From NCBI RefSeq assembly GCF_964355755.1, contig NC_092670.1, positions 24,972,795 through 25,036,794 on the forward strand: 64,000 bases of DNA. Direction: 5' to 3'. The DNA comes from Antedon mediterranea (lineage: Eukaryota; Animalia; Echinodermata). Below are positions 51,301 to 64,000 of the stretch, piece after piece. Position numbers and translations under genes: made by a program. A model generated the notes under the pieces. The model did no database searches and was not told where the DNA came from. It was given only the letters and a program-made list of their open reading frames with translations. The first letter of the stretch is position 1. Every line of letters starts with the position of its first letter.

Positions 51301-54300
51301 CTGTTCTTGATGCTGTGGTCTGCTACAGAAACCTACCAACTGAATCACTACAACGCTTCATTATTACGCTCTGTCGTTTGCTCAGTGTCAAGAAATATTG
51401 TGAAGCTAGCTGGGAGGTATTTCATGATTTTGTTTAAAAAAATTATAAGGCCATATCATAAGAAAATTTTGTAATAGGAACTTGAAAAGAAAATGAATTA
51501 CATTAACATTTAGTTTAATCATGGCAATCTAACAACAGGACACTGAGCTTGGTTTGCCAATATAGGAACTTAACAGTCCTTTGATCTTATGTCTGGCTGC
51601 GACAAATACCAGTACTGTGTACATTTTCTTTGTGGTGTGGTGTCTGTTAAGAGGTGTGGAATTGATTGTGTTGCAGCCACAGGTAAACCATTTGATCTCC
51701 GGAGCTCAGCATTCTGTTGTTATATTGCTTTGGTTTGATCAAACTCTTGCAACTAAAATTCTAAAATATTCTAGTGTTCCCTTCCTTATGATGAGATTGA
51801 CCAATCACAGTAGCTTAATTTGGTACTAAATTATTATGATATTTTTAATTCAAAAATATTATATATTAAAGTGTTGATATAATTCATCCTAATTTACAGC
51901 TAATGAGAAAAATGTTGGGGACCCACTTGGGACATGGAGGCATTTACAAGATGTGTTGTATTCTTGAAGATAGGTAAATGTATTGTTTTTATTCTGGAAA
52001 GTATGACACTTCTGGTTGTATCTGGAACTATAACACCAGATATCTCAATTGGTTATCAAAGGTCAGGTTATAATTAAATTAAATTCAATTCAATTTTATT
52101 CCAGACAAACTGTCCATATGAAACCTATACATACAATAAAAAAGAGAAAGAAATACAAAGCATTATGTGACAACCATCATGGAGAGAAGACCAAGATTAC
52201 CAGTTGACATATAGTGCCTCTCTCCACTTAAAGTACATTCTGGAATCATACAATAAATCTTCATTAGTAGTTATTTTTATAGTAAATATTAAATATGTTT
52301 TTTCTTGTGTTTTCAGACAAAACCTTCATGATCCAATGTTGCTGAAAGGAGCGGTGTTTTTTATTGGTATGGCATTATGGGGTGCAAGACGGGTATCATC
52401 ACTTAAACACAACCCAACATCTATTCTGCCTTCTTTCAAACAGGTAACAACATAAGTTTATTTACCATTTTTATTTAGCTTACTTATTTTATTTGTATCT
52501 CCGTTAAGACCCACCCACTGATGCCCATAGCATTTTCATTTTTTCAGTAACTTGCCTTTGGATTTAAAATATATTGTTTATATTTTTAGTTCATAACATA
52601 TTGTATAGTCAACTTTTGAAATTATATTCCTTGAAACCAGATGTCACAATTTTTGTTCTACTACAGTAACACTGCTAATAAGGGGAAACTTTTATTAAGG
52701 GGGACACTCATATATAGGGGATGTTAAATGAATGAATGCCAGTGAATATTTTAACTCTACAACCAACAGGGGAAACTGCTATTAAAAGACACTCTTCCAA
52801 TATATCGTTTAAAAATACAGCCACTCCCTATTGAAGCAAAGAACTTATAACACAAGAATCTCCTGTTCGTCCGAAGCGCGTAACAATTTCGAAAGGCATT
52901 GTGGGATAGAATAGAGCTATGGGTGGCGCCATTGTGAGCCATGGAGTAGGGCGCCCGCATCAAATTAGAAAGTCAAAATCATAGAGGGGATCTGGTAATA
53001 CTCTAGGGGGGGGGGGGTAGAGTAATTGACTGAGGAGTAGGGCGCCCGCATCAAATTAGAAAGTCAAAATCATAGAGGGGATCTGCTAATACTCTAGGGG
53101 GATAGAGTAATTGACTGAGGAGTAGGGCGCCCGCATCAAATTAGAAAGTCAAAATCATAGAGGGGATCTGCTAATACTCTAGGGGAATAGAGTAATTGAC
53201 TTCCTAGTTTGGAGGGGGCGCTGCTCCATGCTGTGAAATGGCGTCGCCCAGTTTGACCTTTTAACCCTGTACTTCCGATACTGTGTTTTGAATGCAAATT
53301 GAAGAACAGGAGATTCTTGTGTTATAAGTTCTTTGATTGAAGGAATATTCCTAATAAGGAACTCTTCGTTTTGTCCCAAAGTTGTTCTTGTAGGGTTTTA
53401 TGTATTCTTAAAAAAAAGTTTATTTTATAGATTATTTGTTCGTTTTCTTAGGCACTATACTGCAAGAATGCTTCAGTAGACTATGAGGTTGGACTCACCA
53501 TTCACCGTCTTGTTAAAAAATATGGCCGCCATCTGCAACTGGTTACCTGGGATAGTATTCTGGAAATAATTGCACAATTATTTGAAAACATGCAGGTGTG
53601 TATATATTTTGTTTATTTTATAAACACTTGTGTGAATATTGTATTTAAATAGCAATGTGTTTTTTTAAGGTTTATATTTTATATTTAATAATATTGCATA
53701 GCCTATGTAAATATGTGAACGTGATTGGTTGAAACGGCATCACATGACTACCGCTGCGAGGATCATAAATCGTATATATCCTCGAGTACGATGAATTGAC
53801 ATGTCCCTGTCATTAAACATATAAAATCCAGCAAATTCTCGAGTATGACGATATTGACTGTAATTTTTGTGTGGCAACACTCACGTTTGGCTACTGAGAC
53901 TTGAACTCTGGTGATTAGTCAACACAACGTTTTACCCGCTGCGCCACTCAACTTGCTTGAAGAAATTAATCAACTAAGTAAACTATTTGAACTATGCATA
54001 CATAGCGCCCTCATTTGTTATTAGCCCTCTCTAGACGCGATGAAAGACCGTTTGTGATTGGTCAATACTCACGGTAGTACTGGTATGTGCGGCGAGCTGA
54101 ACATCCTGTGATCTCGGCTCCTCGAAGAAGTCGAATTATTATTTACTCGGCCTACCTAACAATAATATTATTATTAATTCAACGTGTTGTTGGCTATATA
54201 ATGTAACAGATATTGCCTTTTATATCGGTAAAATATAAGATTTGACATTCCCTCAAGAATGATATTTTGTTTCAAGGAAATATATTTCCTCAAACAAAAT

Positions 54301-57300
54301 ATCATTTCTTTGGGGATGTCAAATTTTATATTTAACCTCAAAGCAGGCAATATCTGTATAATAATATTTAAAAAAACTGTAGGAACCCTTTAAGTGATTA
54401 AATGGACAAGTGAAGTTACAATAGATCTTCTCCTTTGGATACCTCTATTGAGGGTACACCTTCCTGGGAATAAGAACAATTTATGTTTTAACACCAAAGC
54501 CAACTCCCATTCAGGGCACACCCCAATGTAGGATATCCCAAATGTATCTTAATATCAATGTAAGTAAACTTGTTAAACTTAGACACAGACTCAAGGAAAC
54601 AGCCATCAGGAGGGAACGTCACAGAACACAGTTCAAGAGTTGCTCACATCAGTTGAGGAACTGTATGAAAAAAGTATGTTTAACGGATCATCTACTGACC
54701 TCTTTGATGTTATTGAGAGGTTTTCACATATCAGACCGGTACGTAAGTTCTTTGATTTTAAAATACTAATTGTTCTATTTCAAAATACAGAAAGATTCAA
54801 GAAATTTTATTGGTCTATTTAAAATGTATGTCTGTAAAATACGTATGCTAATCATATTTTATTAAAATAATTAACTATCTCTACTATTATACTATAAAGA
54901 GTGTTTGTAACGCTTTATTCCTTATGTACATTTTTGCTATTACATGTGTCCATACACATGAGGTATCAACCCAAATAAAACTGCATTTAGGTACAATTTC
55001 TTTTATTTCGTATTATCTATCTATCTCTCCTATCTATATAACCATTTATTAATTACAATATAATTAAAATATCAAAAAAGAAAATAAATTATTAAATAAA
55101 TCTAAAATTGATACAGGAGAGCTCTGTATTGTTATTGGTTGGCTACAGAGCCCAAGCCATACACCCAACACGAGAGGAATGGATCCACAATATGAAACAC
55201 TTGATGGAAAAATATTTCAAAAACGAGAAGCGAACGGTTATCAGGGAACGCATACTTAAGGTCCTGTCGTATGTTCTTAGCTCAACCAGTCATTTATATG
55301 AGGTCAGTTAAGAATAATCATAACAGCCAAAACATTTACACATTCTCAACCATACTTTTTTGGAAACACGTTGTACACTGCAAACTTAACTTTGCTAGTG
55401 TATATTTGCTATGCAAACTTTTAAATAAAAGCTTATATACAAAAAAGATACTTTAAAATAAAATTTAAAAAGATCAACATTTCGGTACCATTCTCAAGAA
55501 CAAATGAGTAAAATTAACAGTTAAACAAAACGAATTGTTTAACAATTAATGAGAGGAGGAGTCTATCGTTTTAGGCTTTTCAGTCTTTGTTACTAATGGT
55601 TTAAGTATTTCCTATCACCCTTTGGTGCTTTGTATTTTGTTTAGTTGTTAGTTTTTAATTTTACTTATTTGTTCTTGAGAATGGTTCCATGATGGTTCCG
55701 AAACGTTTTTTGTCATTACATTTTATTTTTAAGTTACATAGTAAACATCTTAATATCACAATAAAGATACCAGAGAAAAATATATACAGGTACTACATGA
55801 GCTGTTTTTAAGTAAAAATAAAATCTTTACTTACTGAACTATTTTCTATGTTACAGGAAGAGTTGATTGAAGCATTAGTATTACCATATTTAAGACATAT
55901 ATATGAGGATTCAGACACTAAAGTAAGGAATGCAGCAGTTGAGTTACTGGTTGATGTAGCTATGGATTGCCAGATACCTCAGTGTATTGACATCCTTGTC
56001 ATCCTGGAAAAGGTAAAATGTAGGAGATAATCTGTTACATGCAGCCTATTGGGCTTAATTGCACACAGTTGTGAACACAGGCGTATGGGTGTATACAATG
56101 ACAATAGCTGATCACACCGGGCCTGCTACTCTTCCAAAAGATGAACTGGGTTCTTTAAAGTGCACACTGGACCTATCACTTTCAGTCCTAATCCAATAGA
56201 CAGGTTCTACCACCTGTACCAATTATATGGCTATAAATAGATTTAAACACATACAAAATGTTGTGAATGGATTTACAATCAATTGTTGACATTGTAGTCA
56301 TTTTAAATTAATGTTCTATCTATGAGTACAAGCTATGCATATCTCATCTTTAACACAACATAATTATCACATCTTTGTATTGTAATATGCTAATTAACAG
56401 GTGGTGATGAAGCCGATGGCAGGCAGACAGGTGGAGAGCAATTTTCAAGATGAAGAACTCATGGATATCAGGACAGCTGTGTTAGGTCTGCTTGACTTGT
56501 TTACTGTGAGTATATTGAATAATTACAAAATAATTAGATGACAAATTTCGTTTTTGTAAAAGCACAAGTTAACGGAGTACTTACTCGAACGTTTCGATCT
56601 CTATCAGAGATCCTTCTCAACTGACTGCGGGGTGTTAATGCAGCTTGGTCATTCTTGACGTCATCTGTTGATGACGTTGTACGCCTCCGGTTGTAGGTTG
56701 GAGGTTGTGCGGGGCTCGGCCAGGTGATGTGTCTATCAAATCATTGTACAAATGCGAGAGTTCGTGGGCTCCAGTGTCCCGGTTCATGGTCTTCTCTTTA
56801 TTTCTCCTTATATGTAATGATTCTCTAATCTGTCTGTCTTTGCGTTTAGGCTCTTTGGTTAAGATGGTAGCCTCCCAGTTCGGTACATGATTGTGTTTTA
56901 TGACATGTTCTGTAATGGCAGATTTGTGTATGATCGAAGATGTGGATGTTCTGGAGGCCCTAGTCATTACTCCCCCCGTGTTTGTTGTAACATCTTTTTT
57001 GTGATCATTAATTCGTGTTTGTAATGCCCTCCCTGTTTCCCCAATGTAAACTTGTGGACAGTTGCGGCAGGTGACTTCGTAGATTACTCCACATGTATCC
57101 ATCTTCTCGATTTTATCTTTTGGGTGGACGAGGCTATTCTTGATTTTATTTTGGGGTAGGAAATAGGTTCCGACATTGTGATAGGAGAGAGTGCGTCGTA
57201 TTCTTTCTGCCATTCCTTTTACATAGGGGATTCCTATGCTACCTCGCATCTTGATCTTTTCCTTCTGTGGTTCGTGTCCTTTGTTCTTTTTTCTTTTTCG

Positions 57301-60300
57301 GTTTTCCATAACTCTCTGGAAGGACCACTCTGGATACTGGCAGTTGTGTAACGCTTTCTTGATGTTATCCATCTCAACTTTCCTCAAATCCATATCTCCC
57401 ACTACCTTCTCAGCTCTGTCCACAAGCGTGTTTATAAGCCCCAGTTTGTGTTCGAGTGGATGATGTGAGTTGAAATGTAAATATTGGTCTGTGTGAGTGG
57501 GCTTCCGATAGACTGAGGTGGTAACTGTTCCATTGTCATTGAGTGTGATGAGCATGTCCAGGAAAGGTATTGTGTTGTTTGTCATCGATTCTGTGGTGAA
57601 CTTGATATTGTCAGTTATATCGATGTTATTAAGATGTGTGTTAAATGTATGTACTGTACCTATGGGGATAATAGCTAATACATCATCAACGTATCGTTTC
57701 CAATACACAGGCTTGATGTTAGTGGGTGCCGTGTTTATGGCTTGATGTTCGAGCCACTCTAGATACAAGTTCGCCAATATAGGACTTATTGGGCTTCCCT
57801 TAGCAATGCCTTGTATTTGCCTATAAATGTTACCATTGAACGAGAAATAGGTTTTGTTCACAATTAAACCGAGGAGCTCCATTATGTCTGTCACATGTAG
57901 TTTAGTTCTATCCAGAAGTGTCGGATCTGTTGTTAGGCGATTTTCGACAACTTTGAGGGCCTCTTCTACTGGTGTTTTTGTAAACAGAGATACTACGTCA
58001 AACGAGACAAATGTTTCACTTGGTTTGACTATTATTTCTTTTAGTTCACTCGCCAACTCTCCTGAGTAAGTTACATGATGTTCTGTGTTTCCGACAAGCG
58101 GACCCAGGATTTTGGTGAGGAATTGTGCAACGGTGTAAAAAACGGTGTTGATGTTATCTACTATAGGTCTTAATGGCCAATTTGGTTTATGTATCTTCGG
58201 AAGACAATACAACCTAGGTACAATTTCAGCCGTGGGAAACAGCCATTCTTTCTCTCTGTAGTTGATTTTCTTTTCTTTGAACAACCTGCCTATGATGTTG
58301 ACCACTTTTCGTTTATAGTTTTGTGTTGGATTACGTTTTAGCAGTTCGTAAACATTCGTGTCGCTCACCATGGTTCCCACTTTATCTTTGTAATCATTAG
58401 TATTTAGGATGACAGTAGATCTACCTTTATCCGCTGGGAGAATAAGAATAGATTTATCTTTCTTCAAGTTGTTTATGGCCTTTCGTTCTTTGGGGGTTAA
58501 ATTTGAAGGTGGTAGAGTGGTAGATTTTACAATCTCCAACCTACAACCGGAGGCGTACAACGTCATCAACAGATGACGTCAAGAATGACCAAGCTGCATT
58601 AACACCCCGCAGTCAGTTGAGAAGGATCTCTGATAGAGATCGAAACGTTCGAGTAAGTACTCCGTTAACTTGTGCTTTTACAAAAACGAAATTTGTCATC
58701 TATACAAAATCGAAGCTAAATGAAATTCTTTCAAGATACAAAATAATTGATTGGAAAAATTTAAAACAAGTTTGGAGAAGCAATCAATTGCCATTGCATT
58801 GAACATTGCTCATAGTGCTATAAAAAAGATTGGAACAACTGGGTTATAGAGAGTGATTTTAAACTGTCCATTGCATTGACCTGACCATTGTTCATGTTGC
58901 TGTAAAAAAAAAGATTTAAACAAGTGGGTTTTATATATAGAGTGCTTTCAAGCTGTCCAATATATAAATATGGATAGGTACCAAAGTCTATGTCCAACAG
59001 TACTTTATATGTTGATTGTAAGGCCCAGATGCACTTGATGGCTAGAGTTTTCGCTTTCCTTGTAGACTAGTCAATGTTTAAAACAAAAATTTGATATATC
59101 AGGTATATGATACCATTGAACAAATGAAATTAATTTTGTGATATATTTGCCATATGATACCATTAAAAAAAGGAATGAGTTTTGTGCTATTATTAAGCTC
59201 TGTCTACACTATCAAACTGACAAAAAAATGTGATGTGTCCATATATGAACATGATGATGTCATATCACCACTATATTTGGGCATATCAATACCATATTTG
59301 GGCACATCGCAATTTTTTGTCAACCTAGTAGTAGACAGAGCTTTAGAATTGAATGTGCATTTATTATAGAGCAAACTGATGAAGCTGCCGTCAAGTCATG
59401 CGGTGCTTGCATTTCATATTTTAGTGAAACACATGCAGAGCCACTATACAAATCACTATACATCCAAACAAGCTGGTGAAATACGGTGCAGAGTAAGTTA
59501 TAACACAGTAACTTATATCAAACGATGATTATGAATAAAACTAAGTAAATTTAGATTAAAGCCATCTAAGAATGTAACTATGCTTAACTAAAGTAAAACT
59601 ATCCCCCAAAAGCAAACTTTTGAACAAACATTTATTTACCTGAAAAAAAATGCAATTTAAAGCAAAAAATGGTCAAATTGGCTGCCAGCCAATGGGTTTT
59701 TGGTTCAATTTAGCCATTTATTTTGTCATTTTACATGAGAAAACATTATTATTTTTTTTGTATGGAATCGATTAACTTTATTAAAACTACAAAACAACCT
59801 TTCAATATCTGATTTAATTAATCTTCATTTTTCATGTTTTTGGGGACAATACATCTTTAAAAACATTTGTTTACATTTTATTATACAGCAATTCCAGTGC
59901 CTAATGCAGTTAAGAGCTGATACGAATTTCAGACTTGGATTTCCAAATAAAGAAAATGTTATGCAATTCAGTCCGTATATATTATGTGATCATAGGTAAC
60001 TACTTTTTTTTATTCAAATTGAGACTTATATAAAACTACCCATATTTGGGATCTAATCTTTTTCAGGGAAAGATTTCATTTTAAACTTTTGTTTAGCAAT
60101 ATTGCTAATCAAACTGATTTTTGAGTCGCGAAACATAGTTTTGTATTGTTTTTTTTTGCAACACTATTGTAGAAATGTTTTGTATAGCTTTTTGTTATGC
60201 TACACTGGCATAATTATTCCCTGATTTTGTAGTTAATTTTGGTTCAAATATCTTTATCTTGTACACATGACCCCAAGAGATATATATTTACTTACTATTT

Positions 60301-63300
60301 ATTAATTATTTTATATAATCACTAGGTATGATGAATCGTTGGGTAAAGCATCACCCCCAAGCATGCCTACGTCTCCAGCTTCTGATAAGAATAATCAGAT
60401 AACTGTTATACCATTCCTAGAGGCTTTCAAAACCATCACGCTCTGTTTGAAATATGTAAGTTTGCCTTTCATTTTGTTAAATTACTATTGATGATTTTAA
60501 ATAAATTGATCTGTCATTTTAGACTTAATGTTGCACTCCATTTGAATTAGTTTTTGCCGTTCCATACCACTCTATTATGGACTACAAACATATGTAGCAT
60601 TCCATACATTACAGACCACAAGACACCATTTGTTTTAGTATCTTGAAAATATTCTTTTTCCCAAACCAATAATTAGTAAAAACTAACCTTGACAGTTTCG
60701 CTTTCCTGATCGGACAGCTTCTTCAGAAATTATGACGATCTATCATCAAACAGACTAACCTCTAGAGGGCCTATTCTGTTTAATGACAGGGTCATACACG
60801 TGACTGAGTTGGTGGGTGCCCTCGTCTCTGTTGATGATTTGGGCACCCACCAACTCAGTCACGTGTATGACCCTGTCATTAAACAGAATAGGCCCTCTAG
60901 AGGTCAGTCTGTTTGATGATAGATCGTCATTATTTCTGAAGAAGCTGTCCGATCAGGACAGCGAAACTGTCTAGGTTAGTTTTTACTAATTATTGGTTTG
61001 GGAAAAAGAATATTTTCAAGATACTTATACCTACAAACCAGATGAACATTTTCAATCACCATTTGTTTTAATTCTTTTTTTTTACACCCAACAACAAATT
61101 CATAAAATTCCGATCAAAACCCATATTTTTTCCGTCAATTAGCCTGACATATGAATCAATAATTAAGTAATAGTTGCTTGGACTTTGTGTTCATTATTGA
61201 ATGTGAAAGGATTTTCATTGTCGGCCTATTACAAAATAACATTTCATTGAAATGTTATATTTAATACAGGAAACTGATTGGCGAGTTCTTGAGCAGGTTT
61301 TGAGTGATCTTACAAAAGCATTGCAGAACAAGACATTAATTATTGCTGCTAATGGTGACCTAGATGTTTTCTGTGAAGCTGTCAGTGCGTTGGTAAGGAA
61401 AGAAAAATAAATCAATTTTAATCATGAAATTATTTTTCCAGGTCTTTTGTTAATGTTAAAAAATGTGAAGAAGATGGTTGTAGTGTAACAACCAAAACTT
61501 GTTGGATGTTGTATCACAAAACTTTACTTGCAGTACTTCCCTCTGCAAAACAATAGTATGTGCTTCTTACAACACAACAATTTTTAAAGAAATCTCAATA
61601 ATGATTTGAGATTCTCAAAGCCTTGTTCGCACTTGACTTGTAAAACGTTAAATTTAACCATGGTAGCCTTACCCAATGTCATTGGAAGATTTAGCCATCG
61701 TTCGCACTTGGATGTTTTCATGCAGTTTTCTTGGACACTTTAGCCAGCTACTTGGCTAATTTGACCAAATTTAGTCCAGTGGCAGTGAGGCTTAATTGTA
61801 AGATAAAATTAATTTGTATACACATTTCAGTTTTATTCCGTTACATTTTGTTTTTTATTTTGTTTCAGATCAATGAGCGAACACACCTTCATAATCTGAA
61901 GAATAAACCAACTAACTTTACTCGTAATGATTATTTCAATCGGGTGTTTGATGTGATTACAGCAACAATATCTTACCATAGTTTGCTTAACATACAATCA
62001 AAGGTATTTGTACACAATGGGATTTTGCAATGTCTTGGTTTATTTTAATGGGAAACAATATTACCATTATAGAATAATTATTACCATTTCTCTCTTCCTC
62101 TCTCTCTTCATTGTTCCACATAAAGTAAGACAAAAAATAAAAGATCAAGAAAAAACCTGGTTAAGTCTTTGTTTATGGGTGGAATCTCAATTAAGCCAAG
62201 TTTCCAAAAGACATTACATAAAAAAAAAAAGAAAAGCCAATCAGATTTTAGTTGAATATCAATAGAATAGAAATTTCCTTTAATAGTAAGTGTTGCTTTC
62301 TGAAAAGGGCTAGCTACTCGTCATTTTGGCCCTGGTATAATTTTAAAATTCCTGTTCGTATTATGTTAAATAGTTGTTTTCTTCCGTAGAATGCTATTGT
62401 TCATTGCTTAGAGATGGGGTTGAAGTTGAAGTGTGCGCAACAGTGTGTAGATGGTCTTACAATATGCACCCTTGAAATACAAGACCTAATGCTAAGAGTA
62501 TTACCAGGAATACTGCAACGTTTATCAACACTGTCAGCAACGAAACCTATGGCTATACCAGTACTGGAGTTTCTCTATGGTACGTAGGTCAAGAGGTCAC
62601 TTGGTTATCTCCTACGTTCAAATTTATTTTTTTTTGTTTCACAATACAGCAGTCTTGCTTATAATAAAATGTTAATATGTATAGGCTTGTATACTTGAAT
62701 GTATGAGTTAAATAGTGAGAATATTTTCATGAGTTGTATGAGAGGGAGTGAGTGGCCGAGTGGTTAAGACAGTGGAACCATAATTACGTAGTCATTAACA
62801 TTGGCAAGGGTTCAAGGCTCACACGCTCCATGGTTCTGGTGGTAAAACAAGTCTTCTTGGATAAGGACTATAAACTGTAGGTCCAGTGTACACATCTAGC
62901 TCATGTTCACTTTAAAGAACATAGTACATCTTTCTAGACGATTAAGGGGTTACCCTGGTGTACTAGTACACAGCCACTGTCACACACAGCCACTGTTCAA
63001 TTGGGAGTAGACCATTTTAAAGGTGTTTACCACCTGTTGGTCCCATCCTTCACTAAATATTCACCTTAGTGGAAAATGTCTGTTCTATACAATATGGTGA
63101 AGACAGTCAAGCTTAGTTTCTCTTCCAAGGAATACAAAACAAACCTGATCCTTATTGTGCTATTAAATTTAATAGGTATTATTTGGTCACCATATCTGTA
63201 CAAGAATTTTGTTGAGGAACAATACATGGCTATATTTGCTATTGCCTTGCACTACACAAATCCACGCAAGTAAGTTTTAAATTCACATTTTAAAATATAA

Positions 63301-63756
63301 ATAATAGATTAAATATTAATATTTAAAAATAGATAAATAGTAAATCTGTATATTAAAGAGTTATTTTGTCGTTTTGTCTAAAATTTTAAATGCTTAAATA
63401 ATTTATTTATTTTTAGGTTTAGTGTATATGTTGTTTCGTTGGCTCATCATGTTATTAGCATGTGGTTCATCAAATGCCGCTTGCCATTCAGAAGAGAGTT
63501 TGTAAGATTCATTACAAAGGTAAATATACACATATGTTTTTTTTCCTTGTCTTGTCCCATTTTATTGCATCGCATCATTTCAACATAGACAAAAAGACAA
63601 TTTGTTATGCTAAACCATTTCTCTTATTCATAAAGTTTATTTGAAATCACATCATCACTTTGTTTATTTTCAGGGTTTGCAAGCCAATGCAGCAGCAAGT
63701 GAAGATAGGAATCGATTTCAACTAAGAAGAAGTAGTAGCCTCAATGAAAAAGAAAA
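48329..63756 (+). CDS. TSC2: Tuberin (TSC2), first 23 coding exons; continues beyond the window
   Basis: Exons 48329-48466, 49035-49121, 49520-49630, 50045-50124, 50346-50456, 50747-50833, 51242-51416, 51900-51973, 52317-52443, 53452-53595, 54583-54738, 55117-55302, 55857-56012, 56401-56505, 59370-59492, 59889-59995, 60326-60455, 61270-61392, 61869-62003, 62390-62579, 63176-63269, 63417-63519, 63674-63756. Tuberin motifs: [40 protein letters not shown]...[29 protein letters not shown]. Confidence 0.96.
52837..53335. mobile_element. P-element-like MITE with three internal ~85-90-bp tandem repeats
   Basis: TIR CAAAGAACTTATAACACAAGAATCTCCTGTTC, 7-bp TSD ATTGAAG; repeats start at 52943, 53034 and 53119. 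Confidence 0.8.
54206..54358. repeat. ~150-bp imperfect palindrome (MITE, possibly Crypton-like)
   Basis: ACAGATATTGCC...GGCAATATCTGT ends with mirrored internal sequence. Confidence 0.6.
55453..55733. repeat. Degenerate inverted repeat with a Penelope-type terminal motif
   Basis: Arms ~55453-55540 and ~55635-55733; contains TTGAGAA...CGAAACGTT, similar to the Penelope terminal repeat at 58617-58650. Confidence 0.5.
56536..58736 (-). mobile_element. Penelope-like retroelement, 5'-truncated with an inverted terminal repeat
   Basis: ~170-bp inverted repeat (56535-~56705 vs ~58532-58702), ~34-nt tail, 12-bp TSD TACAAAATAATT (56524-56535, 58737-58748). Confidence 0.92.
56635..58535 (-). CDS. 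Penelope-like RT plus GIY-YIG endonuclease ORF (N-terminally truncated, otherwise uninterrupted)
   Basis: [47 protein letters not shown], and the GIY-YIG segment [17 protein letters not shown]. Confidence 0.92.
59196..59342. mobile_element. Tourist/Harbinger-like MITE
   Basis: AGCTCTGTCTACACTA...GTAGACAGAGCT with TTA TSD; same family as 13943-14071. Confidence 0.85.
60638..61056. mobile_element. Palindromic Penelope-derived mini-insertion with a hammerhead motif in each arm
   Basis: Near-perfect inverted arms 60638-60820 / 60841-61024, 32-nt tail, 14-bp TSD CACCATTTGTTTTA; CTGAAGA-A-GCTGTCC/GGACAGC-GAAAC-TGTC at 60936-60971. Confidence 0.8.
62740..63020 (+). mobile_element. tRNA-headed SINE with a Deu-like core (related minus-strand fragment at ~56120-56200)
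   Basis: A-box GTGGCCGAGTGG, B-box-like GGTTCAAGGC, core GGATAAGGACTATAAAC..AGGTCCAGTGT...CTTTAAAGAAC. Confidence 0.65.
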
Positions 63757-63780
63757 GTATATATACATATTATATAATAA

Positions 63781-63934
63781 AGCTTGGTTCCCACACAATG
63801 AAAAAAAAAGAAGTGTGATGTGCCTAAATATGGTTGTGATATGGCAAAATAGGTTGTGATATGACATAATCATGTCCATATATGGGGACATCACAATTTT
63901 TTGTCACATAAAGTTTGATAGTGTAGACAGAGCT
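63781..63934. mobile_element. Partial copy of the Tourist-like MITE family
   Basis: Right TIR TTTGATAGTGTAGACAGAGCT and family body retained; left end divergent. Confidence 0.6.
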
Positions 63935-64000
63935 TACTCAACACAAGTAATTTAACCGATCACAAATGAAGGTTGTTCTAAATTGTTTATGATTTGTCAA

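Noticed and set aside
58536-58569. Listed start of the 644-aa ORF ([11 protein letters not shown])
   Set aside because: Derived from the inverted terminal repeat at the truncation junction, not the native N-terminus.

Overview
AT-rich metazoan genomic DNA with short GT-AG introns. Gene content and repeat families suggest an invertebrate deuterostome, possibly an echinoderm (inference). Genes: the 5' and middle part of folliculin (FLCN, minus strand, runs off the left edge); a RING/B-box/coiled-coil/filamin/NHL TRIM gene with a single-exon CDS, nested antisense in a 12.8-kb FLCN intron together with the 3' remnant of a second TRIM copy; a complete CCP110 gene; an inverted head-to-head pair of intronless clan-3 (CYP3A/CYP5-like) P450s; and the 5' part of TSC2 (23 coding exons, runs off the right edge). 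Repeats are abundant: a 7.5-kb non-coding foldback element made of two inverted ~181-bp satellite arrays with a 9-bp TSD just upstream of TSC2, a 5'-inverted Penelope-like retroelement, several hammerhead-ribozyme-like motifs, a Helitron, Helentron/DINE-like elements, many MITEs, SINEs and LINE fragments, and three arrays of one 22-bp minisatellite. The most notable observations are the satellite-armed foldback, the P450 pair (catalytic I-helix Thr replaced by Ala, signs of gene conversion, co-duplicated ghost CCP110 exon), hammerhead-bearing palindromes, and TAGGCCTA/CTAG tracts in putative first introns. All coordinates and alignments were read by eye; no database search was run.
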